Source: Klebsormidium nitens (taxonomy: Eukaryota; Plantae; Klebsormidiophyceae). Taken from it: 64,000 bases of DNA. Made by a program: the position numbers and the translations under genes. The stretch covers positions 1 to 64,000 of the forward strand of contig DF237016.1 in assembly GCA_000708835.1 (NCBI GenBank), read 5' to 3'. The notes under the pieces are model-generated. The model worked only from the letters and a program-made list of their open reading frames with translations, was not told the DNA's origin and ran no database searches. This document shows positions 49,048 through 62,027 of the stretch, piece after piece. The first letter of the stretch is position 1. Every line of letters starts with the position of its first letter.

Positions 49048-52000
49048 ATGGATGACTCCCAGCTGGGGTTAGAAGCCAACCCTGAGATAATGAGCCTGTT
49101 GCATATTGCAAGGCAGGGAGATACCTGGCAGTTACTGCCAATCAACAAAGAACTGGTGAGTCTCAGGGCACCGCAGGCTATTTCTTCCTAACACAACCTG
49201 TTGCATACCGGTGTTCCAATGAGCTCCCTGAATGCCTAAGGCTGCGCTCAAAGAGGATGTTGGTTCTGCAAAAGTTTAGGAAGGCCCTGGGGTGCGCATG
49301 ACCAAGACAGACAGGTGTCGCATTCCACCTCGTAAAATGCACTTCCTCAGAAGAAGTTGCAAACTGTGCTCTACCATGGTACAGAAGGCAGAAGAAATCT
49401 GCAGAAGATTCTCGAATGAAATCGTCAGACTATTTAGCAGTGATTTTGCGCGGCCTGCTTTTCTTTTCATCTTGTCAAATTCAACAAAGTTTCTCCACCT
49501 TGGCTGCAGTCGTTCGACCATGGTTTTCTCGTCACGGTGAAGGCCATTCAGGTGAGCGGGTGCTGCAGGAATCTGGCAGGCTCTGTTTGGCACCCTCATT
49601 CTGTATGCAAAGTAGGTCTTCTGGAACTGCCTGGCTTGCTAAATGCAAGACGGAAGCTGCTTCAGCAGTGTCTTATGACTGGTCAATCCAATTAACTGAA
49701 TGACTTTGGCGCCGGGAACTCCTCCCCACCCTTTTGGCATGGCATTGAGAATCCTTCAAACAGACTTGGAATCAGCATGGTCTGTAATTCCGGGGTTTTG
49801 ACTATTTGTGTCAATACCAAAACAAAAAACTCCCGTCGAACAGCTGCTGAGAGACAAAAAGAGGGGGGTAGTTCTCGTTGGACTGGGGGGGCCTAGTGGC
49901 GCTGGCAAGACAAGGCAAGTGACTCTGCAATGTTTAATATGTGGGCGCAACCTGTTATGCTCCTTCTGGGCACACTGGTTGAGTTGTCCTTGGCTGGTCA
50001 TGTTCAAGCATGCTGTTGATTTGAGATCGGTCCGCCTGCTTGACTATCTGCACAAATGGCATGCTCTCTTTGTCCAAGCATCCCGCTTGTAGAGCTGCTG
50101 CAACTCTCAGACACAAGTCTATGAAGAAGAAATTGCAGCAAGCTGTGGAGACAAGTAATCAGCAAGATGCTCAAATACGTGGAGCTCCAACCACCTTTGG
50201 AAGATTATCTCCGCCAGAAAGACATTGAGAAGCTGCTTGAGCCCTGTCGATACATCGAGGCCTTTTGAGCCACTTGACTGCTCAACCAGTACGCACGTTG
50301 CTTTTGGCAGCCTGGCGGAAAAGCTGACGTCGGTGCTCAAAGGGACGGTTATCCACCTGGAGAACTACTTGACGGGGGGTGATGCCGACGACTATGATGG
50401 CCTGGACATGGTGACACTCCTCGACAACCTCAGGGTATGGATTACCGCTCTCAAGGTTATTGCAGACTGAGGCTCAGCCAATTGCAACATTGGAAGTGGG
50501 TCTGGATTGAAGACGATTTCTTTGCGGTTCTTCAGAGTTCCCATTCTTTTCTGGATCAACGTTTTAGTTTAAGAAGTGGCGCCTATGAAGAACGAGTGCT
50601 TTTTCGGGCTGTGACAACGTTCGAAGGGAAAGTTGGGTGACATCTTGACAAGTAATAAACCTGGATACTCTATCATTTGCTCCACTTTTTCATTGGATGA
50701 GGGTGTTGTTTGCAGGACATTACCAGCGGCAGGGACACCCAGCTCCCTATCTACAACCTGGAGCAGAAAGCGCGCACCGGGTTCACACAGTTCGAGGCGT
50801 CAGAAAGCAAGGTGGTGATCGTCGAGGGCACTTACGCGCTGCGGGCTGAGATACGGCCGTTTCTGGACATTCGGGTGGGGATGGTAAGGGCGTCGACTTC
50901 GTTCCTCGAGATCGTTATGGAGGGGCGAATCTGTGTCGTGCTACAATTTTGCCTTTGCTGACTGTCGAATCTTGCTCTGAGGCGAAATTGAGTCAAGGAA
51001 CAGCGTCAAATTTCGGCAAGAACAGCGTCGAGGAAGGAACCGCAATTTGGAAAAGGAAAGCTCGATCGCACGGTTGATGGAGCCCCTATCAATGGTTTAG
51101 GATTGCTGCTCCGCTCAGTTGTCTTGATCATTCCTGACGGTCGAACGTCACTCGTTCGTCTCTCAACGCTCATCCTGAAAGCTCAGAATTTCGAAAGCTC
51201 TCGTTTCTCACTTATTTGTCCAAGTTCACACAAGTCAGGTTCGAACAATCTTTCCTGCTCCCGCAGGTGGGCGGCATGCACTTCAACCTGCTGCAGCGCA
51301 TCCAGCACGACACCGCGCAGAAGGGGCAGCAGCTGTCCACGGACGAAGTGCTGGACGCGCTCTTCCCCAACTTCAAAGCGCACATCGAACCGGACCTCAA
51401 CCAGGCGCAGGTACGGATCCGGGCAGAAACTGCTGTTGCATGCGCAAAGAAGCGAAGCTTGTTCAAGCTCCCAAGATGCTTGAATCAGTACATAAACAAG
51501 TCTTCTGCTCGTTCATTGCCTTCACGTCGAGACATGCGGAACGGTCAAGTTTTGCTTACAACTGCTGCCGTGCAGATCAAAATCAAGAACGAGCTGGAAG
51601 CGATGGCGACGCTGCGCAAGCCGCTGTACGTGGTGAAGAGCACTACGCCAGTAAGCAGACGCGCCTTTGCCTGAGCTCCTTTTATACTCGAGCTTCCCTC
51701 TTTCCATCCAAGCCCACTACTTTGTTCTCGACCTATAGCGAGCCCACCAGTATGTTGAAGCTAGCTTGTTACTTCGATCGTCCGGACTTGTGCGAAATTT
51801 GCGCTTTAAGGGTCCTGGTTGCGGTTCTCGAAGGTCCTGATTGCTTGCTGCAACAGCCGGCGAGGGGAATTGATTCCCTTTTTCGGTGCTTTGCAGGTTT
51901 CGCGAGAGGCAGTCGAAGCGCTGCTCGACGCTCGGCGTACCGTGCACAGAGAGGATAAGTGAGCGCCCTCTCGCCGCTTCCTCTTCGTTTGCAGGAATTT

Positions 52001-55000
52001 GGACGGCATTCTGCGCAGTCCTCTCAAAATCCCATCGAAGCTTGCAGAACATCAACCATAAGGCCTGTCTTACCCTCAGTCAAGCCTCGCAACCGTATCT
52101 GGTCGCGACCACTTGACACGGAGCATCAGGATACTTTTACGGCCAGAGATCGACTGCTAAAGCCGCTGCCATATTTCGTGCAGGTACTTGGATCTATATT
52201 TGTTCCAGCCGCAGTCTGGCAGGACCCCTCAGAACCAGATCAGGGTCAGAATTGTCAACTCGGCTCGCTACCTGATCAACGACTCGGCCAGTCGCATCGT
52301 CATGGACGACAACGTCATCCTCTCCAATCGGAACGAGTTTGAGGTGGGCAAAGACAATCAATCAAAGACACTTTTGATTCGTCCTGACCCATCTCCTTTG
52401 AGAGGTAACTTGATTTGGAAACGCGTCCGTTTCAACTGCTGAGATGCACAACTTGAGGACCAGTCATCTTCTTCGTATCCTATGAATCATGTCATAACAA
52501 CTGGTTTTGGAGGGCGCTTACACTCTTCTTCTCGTGACACTGCACTGTGTGCTTGATCTGGACTTTTAAATTATGTATAATGACGGCGCAGATCGACCCG
52601 CGCACCTTCGGCCGGCTGCTCTCTCCCCCTCTCGGTTACGAGGTCGACGTGTCCTTCCGGCGGGAGTCGCAGATCTGCACGGACGGCCAGCTAACAGTGT
52701 CCCTCGACAAGCTGGAAATGGAAATGGACGTGCACAGCGAGTTCGTCCAGGTCAAGAGCACCGACCGCCACGTAAGCTCCGAGATCTGTATGGCTGCCGG
52801 TCTGGAGAACAGAATTGATGTATACTCAAAGGATTGTTCTCAGGTTGCCACCCGCGATGAATAAAGGCCCTTTGAATGGTCACCACTTTGTCCCCCTTTG
52901 TTCTGTTAGGATCAATCTGAAGCGTCGCTTTTTCGAGCAATCAGATGGTCGGAGTGCTTTCATTTATCAGAGAACAGCCTAGTCGGGTCACTTGGATATC
53001 CCGTGCTCGTGCTGCTTTTCAGGTTATGCAAGCTGCGGCGGCCAGGCTGGGGCTCACGAAAGACAGCTTGACGGCGAAGTCATACATGGAGATCTTTGCA
53101 GGACACAAAAGTGAGCCTTTTTCTCGACCATCACGCGCTGAACGCTCGGCGAGCCTACAAACGTTGGTTGGCTCGGCACGCATCACAGTCGGAACACTGA
53201 TTGGGTCTTGTAGCGTCGCATAGGAAGTCTGCAAACATTCCCTTACCACGTTCCAGTGAGCATCAAGGTCGCAGGACGATAGTCACGGTCCGATGGACTT
53301 GCAATGGCGCTCAGCTGGGCCTTATTGACACACTCTCAACACTCTGTCCAATACTGCCATTCCTGTCTTCTCCCCAGGCGAGGCCCAGCCCCGCGCCCCG
53401 TCACCCCCCGTCGAGGAGCTTCTCCGCGAGTTCGCCCAGCCGCCGCCCCTGCACGCCCCCCAGCCCCAGCGCCCCGCCCCTCCTACGCAACGGCCCCCGC
53501 CGGTGGACACCTCCCGTGCCCCCCAAACCTCGGAGCCCTGGACCCGTTCCCCGACGAGCGCAAGCATACACGCGTCTGAAAACTGGTTGCTGCGAGCCCC
53601 TCCCGGGTCGCAGGTCTTGTCCCCTAGCCGCGCCGTTGAGTCGGAGCGGATGTCGCAGTCGGCGGCGGCGGGGCCAAGCGGCCGAGGGCTGCCACGTGGC
53701 GGCGTGAGGAGCGAGCTGAAGCCGAAGGACGAGTGGCACGCGTTCGAGCAGGGGCAGTTCATGGCACTGAAAGCGATCGAGGTGAGTGCGCTGCGGGGGT
53801 CTTAACCTGGCAGGACTGATTAGCCTCTCAAGCCATCTCCTCGGAGATGGTTCGTTTTAAGGGCGGTGCTCCTGTGCATGGTAGTCTCCACCCGTTTGAA
53901 ACCGTTAAATCGTACCTTTGTCTTGCTTGTTTGTTTGCGCTCCTCCTAGATGCATGGCGACTGGAGAAGACACATCAGTGACCCCTACTTCGTTTCGACG
54001 TGCTCTGCAGGTTCTGAAGCAGCACAATGGTCCGCCAGTCATCATTGGCATAGGTAAGCGGTGCTGCATCGAGGTCATCCAATTGACCATCATTTATACA
54101 TCTCACACCTGCAAATTTGTCGTAGATATGTTTAGTTCAGTGACCTACTTGAGAGTCGGTCTTTCATCTCCATCGAGGTCGGGATCAAGAAAAGACTACC
54201 TTACAAAAACCCCCCGCAAGTTCCAGATTGCAAAATTCGTTCTTAGATAAACGTTCACGGTCTATTTTTTGTGCCTGGGGCAATTTGGTGCCTTCGCAAC
54301 ACCGCTTATAAGCGTCCTCGAAAATGAAGGTTGCAAAGGAGGCCGCAAACAAGGTTGCCCCCATCTTTCGTGCAGGCGGCCCCAGCGGTTCCGGCAAGAC
54401 GTCGCTGGCACACAAGCTGGCGGACATTCTGCAGTGCAAGGTGGTGTCCCTGGAGCGCTACTACGCGGCGGACCGGGTCGCAAATGAAAATTTCGACGAG
54501 TTCTCCGCGCTCGACGTCGACATGCTGATCCATGTAAGCTATGCGGACCCACCCCTAAAACCCCCTTGCTTGGTGTTTGGCTATGATTGATCAGAGCCGG
54601 ATTCTTAGCGCAGGTATCAATCAGAGCGGTTGATGTTACGTCTCTTAGTTATTGAGTGAAGTACAGAAAGTGCGGTTGATGTTTTATGACAAACTTTCAT
54701 CGACACCATAAGCTTTTGTCGGAGGATACTCTCTTACCCAATGGTCAAACATACTGTTATTTTGAGGGACGGCTCTCCAGCTCTAACAACTCTACAAGCA
54801 GCCAAGAGCTTTGCGAAGCAACAAACGTTCATTTTTGTAAACTTCGGTGCCTCCTTATAGCGTGAACTTGACACTGCCCGTTTTGCGGTGTGCAGAACTT
54901 GCAGGAGCTGCGGGAGGGTCGGCCAACTCACCTCCCGGTCTTCGACTTCGAGAAGAAGGAGCGGAAGGGCTTCGAAGACTTTAGTATCGGACACGAGGGA

Positions 55001-58000
55001 GTGGTGAGCTGTCGGAACGAAAGTTTTCCTCTCCGGTTGATATCCTTGTTTGTCCTGGCATGGAATAAAGGGTCATAGGGTTGTAGATGTTGATCCGAAA
55101 GTTTGACATCTCTTCCGTGCACCGGGGATTGATCACGAGCTGTAACTCCCTTCTTCTATGGGAATCTCGAGTATAGCAGGAAGTTCTGTTGCAAAGAAAT
55201 GTCAAATTGCTGGCGACGAAGCCGACCGACACAAAGTAATGCGGAATGCCAATCACGTCAGCTCATTTAAAAATCTGAGGTGTTGCGTAACCTCGAGCGG
55301 AAACGAAAGTCGCAAAGTTGCAAATTCTTGACAGTATGACAATCTTGCTGTTCACAAACTTCTGTTCGGATTGTGTAACTCCAAGCCGCAGTCACAATGT
55401 CCGGTAGTGGCTGGGATTTTGCTGCTTCTTGTCAGTTTCGCAATGGTTAAACGTAGTCGCTTCTCTGTTGTCGAAAACGACCAGCGCATTTGTCAAGACT
55501 GATCCAAGGCCCCGCTCTTTCCACAGGTCGTCTTTGAGGGCATGTATACTCTGCATCAACGAATCAAGGCGTGCTTTGACGTCAGGATAGCAGTGGTAGG
55601 TATATTTGAGGACCCTCGGTTGCGGGCCAATGTGGGCCAGAAGCGTGTGAAATCCATGTATTTGCCCAGCGACATAGTTTTAAAGTTCGGCTGGAAAAAC
55701 GGCTCCACAAAGAAGCCCGCAGAATGGTTCGTAGGCATTATTTGTGTTATGCTAGCACCCTGAGAGCCCAGCCTTGCACACCCTGCCCTCAGTTGCTTGG
55801 TTATTGTCTTCAGAAATTTGAAGTTGGTGTCCCGCAACTCCTCGACCAGTTCTGCGCTTCTCACTTCCGCGCGCATGGGGGGCCGTACATTAATAGTATG
55901 GCCACCCAGTAACTTCCAACCCATTCTGGTTCATTTGTACGAGCCTAAGCTGCAAGATTGAATTGGTTCAACTGTTCTTACTACTTATGCTTGCTACTCG
56001 ACCCAGACTGGCGGCGTCAAGTTCTACTTGGTGCGGAAGGTGATGCGCGACCTGGAGAAGAAGGGTGAAGCACCGCGCTGGGCCGAGGTCATGGCCAAGG
56101 TCTTCCCCATGTATAGAAAGATTGAGGCCGACTTCGTGCACGCACACGTGAGCGCCCACCCATCCAATATACAACTCTCGTTTGACTTAAACTTGCATCA
56201 ATCACGCAAACCGGATATCCATGTCAAATTTCGGCAAGATTCTTCTGTCCTCTCTTTCCCTGTCCCTGCAGCTTGGTTGCCCGTATTTGTTCCCGACCGG
56301 CCGTGCTGTTCTCTTCGTCTCTGCTCAGCAACCATATCTACAAAACTTGGACGATTCGACGCTTCCTGAAGGCTCATTTGTGTGTGGGTGCAGCTCAAGA
56401 TCTCCAATAAGTTCGACCCTGTACATTCGCTGCTGGACCCGCTATTCGTTCTGAAGAGCAGTAAACAGGTGAGCAGCGTGGGCCTCCTCGAACCTGCTTT
56501 TGCATGTTGAGGCAATCGCAGGCGGCTCCCGTCCTGAAGGACTCTGTTTCTATGACGGCATGCTTGCTGTTGCCTTGAATATATTATAAATATTGGGCCG
56601 GCCGCTGTCCGACGTACCTGCTAATCGTCAAGACAACAACTTGTAGAGCGGAGCATACGGCTTCGTTGCCATGTGGCAGCCTCGAAGCAGCGGACTCAGC
56701 AACGAGTCGATAACCCCAAGCCAGCAACAACCTATAAGATATAAGGAGTTCAGATAATTTCGAGTGTTCCTACTGTCAGTGGCGGGGCGGATATGATTGG
56801 AGGCAGCACGTATGTGCCCAGTCTTGATTTGCCGTTACTTGATTTACTTCGCAGGTGGCCGTGTCCGCCATTCAGCGGCAGCTGGACCCGGCCTCCGTCA
56901 AGGTGTCCACTCAGACGTACGAGGACATCTTCCTGTACATGTCGCACTCGCCCAAAGGGCCCACCGAGGGCGACTGGATTCGCGTCCGCAATTGCGGCGG
57001 GCGCTACTTCATACTCGTACGGGAGGTGAGCGGCTCTCGTAACGGTCAGCCGGTGTCGTTACGGCGGGGCAATCTTGTCTCCGCTGATAATCCAGAGAAG
57101 GTTAGATTAGTAGGTCGGATCTTTAGAGCAGTCTACTTTGCACGGGGTGGTCAACCGTCGAGATGCTTCACTCGGGCGAGTTGCCTCAATGGCAGAGTGA
57201 TTGAGCAGCGTCTGTGCACATCGACAGGTAGAAAGTCTTCGGTCCTGCCACATTTCAGCATGCTCCATTTCGCAAGATTATGGTTGGGAGATCGTTCCTC
57301 ACCGTAGCCGACTGTTACTTCCTCGTCTTCATGCGTGGGCGAAATTCAGCTTCTGAAGACGGCTTGATTTAAGAAGAGCGCCCCTCTTGCGTTTCCTCTG
57401 ACTCCGTCTTTTCCGTTGCAGCCCATCCGCGAGGGCGACTTCATTTTGCAGCCGCGCGTCGACTTCGACATTAGTACCAAGACGATGGGCGGCTTATGCG
57501 ACATAGGCTATGCAGCAGGCTTCATCCTCCGAGTCACGGCGACCACATTCCAGGACGACAGGGTGAGCCGCGGGTGATGTGAGATAGCGGGGGATAGCCC
57601 TGAGCCTCGCCTGATGCGGACACAACCCTGTTGGATGGTACTTAAGGAAGCGTTGTTATACGAGTGAGCTCCCTCTGATACTGTTCACTTAATCGGCATA
57701 TATCAAAGCGCGGCTCAACTGTTCTCTTCTGTGCAGCAATTGCGGCTTAAATGTGCAAACTGGGAGATCTGGAAGTAGTGTGAGATATTGCATTGTTACT
57801 TCGTTCCTTTGTCCATTTGTTTCGTTTCGCAGTTCAAGCGTTTGACGGCTTCTGCGCTTTTTATAGCGTGGACGACATGTTGACTGGGTCGCTCAAAGAT
57901 ATATACCCTATGCCCTAGTGTGGAACCATTTGCCCGGTCTACTTACGTCGGCCCTTATCTTGCGTCTTGCCCTCTTTTGTGCAGTTAACCATAGAAATAG

Positions 58001-59411
58001 ACACGCTCGAGAACATAAGTGACAAGTACATACAGATCAAGGCCACCGATAGGGACCTCGTCCAGCGAACCGGCTCCGCTCTCGGCCTCGACGGCTCGTA
58101 CACAACCAAGGTACAGCATTTATAGCCTCTGTTATCTGCGGTATGAGAGATGAGTGCCACGTTGCTCGCTTGGCCTGCCTCGGACGTCGTGGAATCTTTC
58201 GCTGGCCTGGGTGATATTTTTGGCGGCCGAGAGTTGATTTTCGATTGTCACCCTCTATCACTCTGTTTATCCGAAGTCATTTTCAAATGCAAAAGTCAAA
58301 GCAGAGCTCTCCGCCTGTAATGGGCACTGTCTTCACCGCTCCGCCCCGTGCGTGTGCTGTGCAGCCGTTCCTGGACATCATTCACGATTCGAGCCCGACC
58401 GCGTTTGCGGAGAGCATCGACCTCAGCCGGAGCAGCTCGGCGGTGCACCTGCAGGAGGTGGTGCACCGGAACCGCCACAACCACGTGAGGACGAATGCGC
58501 AGCAGCTTCGGTGTCCAGCATGAGAGCTATTCACCACTTTCTTGCAGCTAGTCAGATTTCGGTTCAAGTATGGTTGAATTGTAAGTAGGGGGAAATGAGA
58601 ACAAGGGCGGTGAGGGGGCTTTGTCTCTCCTGACCTTGCTGTGTCGCGTGATTCGCGTCTGTCGCCGCTTTGAGATGCCGCTGCGCTTAGTCCAGCGAAA
58701 GTTTCCGTGAGAACTTCACTTACAGATTCATTTGTCTGTCAGACGAGACCTTTTCAGAGGCTTTGACCGAACGGCACCCCATAAATGCATACAGGAAAAG
58801 GGCAGGCACTTAGAAGTGACCTCTTGAGGTTCTCGCTAACGGTTCCTCCCTCCGCCGTCATTCTTTGTGCAGGGCACCGAAGACGCCGGCACTGTGGCGG
58901 AGCAGATCTCGGCCATGCGGGCTGAGTTCCGCGACATTCAGCGGCGCATGGCACGCCAGGTAAGGCACTCTATCACATGCATGGTATCGCTGCAAGGCGG
59001 CGCGTATTTCTACAAAGAGCTTGAACGGTTCATGAAACCTACTGCAAAGACTTGATGCACCTACTAACGGGCTGTGGTATAACGAGGATGGCCGGAAAAC
59101 GGAGGCGTACTTATTTCTTTCGCTTTCATTCAGAAAGCGGAGTTTCTTAGGTTTCCAGCTGTATCCACAACTCAGGAGTTCACTGCGGGGTTTTGGCGTT
59201 CTCCTCTTGAGCAGGCTTGATCTTCCGAGGACAGGGATCAAGGACCCACATATTGGAAAGACGAGAGACTTGAGTTGAACTTCCGAGAACTCACTGGTCC
59301 TCCTTGTGCGTGCAGGAGTGGAGCTCTTGGTGGACCGTAGGTATGACTCTGATATTGGCGGCTGCTGTTGTGCGCTTGTACATGTACCCTACACGCTTAA
59401 AGTCCATGTAG
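49048..59411 (+). CDS. Tandem uridine-kinase-like P-loop + CYTH (TTM1/TTM2-related, AT2G01460-like) protein with C-terminal transmembrane anchor (>20 exons)
   Basis: Half 1: SFDHGFLVTVKAIQ, VGLGGPSGAGKTSLAEK, VVIVEGTYAL, VGGMHFNLL, LFPNFKAHIEPDLNQAQIKI, QIRVR. Half 2: FEQGQFMALKAIE, IGIGGPSGSGKTSLAHK, LPVFDFE, TGGVKFYL, VFPMYRKIEADFVHAHLKI, WIRVRNCGGRY, QPRVDFDI. Last exon 59316-59411 encodes EWSSWWTVGMTLILAAAVVRLYMYPTRLKSM*. The start Met is inferred and the CDS could extend upstream. Confidence 0.87.
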
Positions 59412-61057
59412 GCGAGGACTGGGGACCCGAATAGAAAACCGTTAGTTGAAAACTTGAGGTCACGGTCATAGTAACCAGAGCACTATCTCAAGGTCATTTC
59501 ACAATCTGAATACGGAAGCCGCAGGTTCTTTGATTGATCCACTTTAAACGCTAAATTGGGCTAGTGGTAGGAACGGGAGGTAATATCTTTACGAGTTACC
59601 GGCAAGCCGGATCAACGCATCAGGCCATTCAAGCTTTGTCCATATCTACCGCCTCGTTTGACCCGTCAGGCGAGAACTTCCATTGTATAGACTCAGGATA
59701 GTAGATAGTAGCTAGATCGACAGTGGAGCGAAGCAACTACCCAGTTCGCTACGTGGTGTTACTCATTTCGGAATCAATTGATGGGGTTTTAGAAGCTCGA
59801 AAGTTAGACATCATTGGCGAGCTCGTGAGGCAGGACTCTACGATCGGATCAAACAGGTCAAATTGTTCATTGAGTCATTAAGTGGATCATTCGTACTTGT
59901 ACAAGAGACTCCAATCCCAGGCCCATACAGACCCCTTCAGATTGTGCCTCACGTACAATATTCTCAGAAGCACGCGACAGTGACAAGCTGCAAATATGAT
60001 GAAAGAACAAGAAGTGTGTCCTGCATGCGTGTCACAGGGTGGGCAATACGTCGAATGCAGTCCAATCATTCGTATGTATAGTAGCCAGTACGTACGTACG
60101 CGTTAAATCGCCTAGCTCCGCTCATGCTCTTGACCTTGCGGCCAATGAATGAATCTGCTAATCAATGGCTTTGGCCGCCCGCGGGCAGGTTTGATTAACA
60201 TATAAGGCTCAACAGCAGGCATCGGTTGTCCGAGCACCTTCAGGCTTAGCCTGAAGATCTGCGACCGCCGGCTCCGACCGCGAGAGGAGGGACGGGCTGG
60301 CGCCCGGCCCGGGCCGGGCTATGCACGCATCAAATTGCAAGTAGACGGGCCCGCACGCTGCAGCCTATTGAATCACCCCGGTTGGCAGTCCCGAGCCCTT
60401 TTCCATTGACAATTACGTCCATGTATGCGCGCCGGGCGGCGTCACTTATGCTGAGCACTAAATAAAAAGACGGCGTCGACTAAATAGGCTTAAGCTTCCG
60501 ACCACTAGTCGACCTTTACTTGCACAACTTCCTGTGATGTGGCTCGCCGTCGCCCTTAAACGCTAATCGTGTGCAAGCAAGGTCACTTTTCCGGTATGTT
60601 TTGCGACTGCGGTAATCGAAATAGTAGAGTATTAGCAGCATCGATCTATGAGCATGTATTCGAAAGGTACTTTGAACTCCAACAGAGGAGGCCGATCTGC
60701 TGCTCACTCAAGTAGTATCCGCCGGCCAGGTATCCGCCCTGGCAGCGCCCAGCGCCTGAGTCGCGCTCAGCCAGGGGCGCCGCGCGGCCGCAGCAGAGCC
60801 AAACCCTTTCCCTTGTCAAAACCCCGTCACTCGCCGCGCCGAACTGATAGTGCGCCGCGCGATTGCCAAATTGGGCGGCCGGCCGCGGGGAATGATCGCG
60901 GGGGATCGCTTCGTGCATCTCTGCATGCAAGATATATAGAAAGACAGTCGACTCAAGTACGTACACCCAATGGTCAGTGTGCGCTGGGTGCGCGGCCGCG
61001 AGCCAGGACGCATGCAGGGCCAGTCGGCTTCAATATTCTCTCTGCATGAGCTGCGGG

Positions 61058-61504
61058 ATGGCAGGGATGGCGTCCATATTGCTTTTATTGCTCTTATTGC
61101 TGCTGTTGACAAGGGATCGGCTTTCCGGGTCTGCATGTTTCATTCGTGTAGTTGACTCTCGGCGGCACTGATGCCAAGCGTCAAATATCATGGAACTCAA
61201 GTCGGGTCTGCTCGGAGCCTGGTCCCACTTCAATGCACTCGTAGCTGGCGCCGTCTATGGTGCTGGAAACGCGTATTTGCATAGTGAGAAAGGGACTTTA
61301 ACAGGCCTGGTGGCTGACGTTGCTCGCTGCTCGTTATCAGGCGCTTATGAAGGACTGGTCAATGGACAGAGACACATAGATAGACTTTCAGCATGCAATC
61401 AGACTCATCCGGAAAATGAAGCGGCTGAAAGTCAGGCAAGTGCACCCTTTGATGCATTTGAAGGATTTGGGATTTGGGATTTGGGCCAGTCATCAGCTTT
61501 GTGA
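61058..61504 (+). other. Possible small coding region or pseudogene: hydrophobic leader ORF and downstream ORF in one frame, separated by a single TGA (61169-61171)
   Basis: MAGMASILLLLLLLLLLTRDRLSG...RRH*CQASNIMELKSG...; TATA-like TATATAG at 60933. No recognisable homology. Confidence 0.25.
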
Positions 61505-62027
61505 GGAGTTATTTTAAGGTACTGCATGGACGCAGATCAGAGTCCTTGTGAATTCTGGCACGTTAGCTATCGTTGTGGTGGTCACCTGACTCTTATCTAA
61601 TCTCGAACGGATTGGGTTGTAAAGGGATTCTGTTGGAGTACTGGCAGAAGTTGGTAAGAATAGACAGTTGCAAACATTATATACAAGCATGCAGGCTTCT
61701 GTTTCAGCGAACCTGCCCGAAATGGCAAGTTCGATTGACAACTCGGACTCGGAAAGAGTGGAATCAAGCTTTAACTGAATGTGATGGCTACCACGTCCAC
61801 CTTGATGCGAGCCAGCACGGACAAGCCATAGAACATGCCAGCAGGAATTCTTGAGCTTCGAAACCTGCTTATGTTATTCGTCCAACGAGTCGTTGCTGCT
61901 CATAGAGGGGCCTCCTTACTTGGCACAGCTCCCAGTTCGATCAAGGCATGACCTGATTATGGTCGTGTTTCGAAGATAGTTGTAACTTTCTGTCGGTCTG
62001 CTGAAGGTAGCCCGATTCTGTGTGCAG

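Noticed and set aside
53833-53850. CCATCTCC-TC-GGAGATGG hairpin in an intron
   Set aside because: An isolated 8-bp stem is expected by chance in 64 kb, and there are no flanking TSDs.
54575-54690. Short direct repeats (ATCAGAGC.GG, GCGGTTGATGTT) in an intron
   Set aside because: Only two or three short degenerate copies with no regular spacing; not a CRISPR or satellite array.
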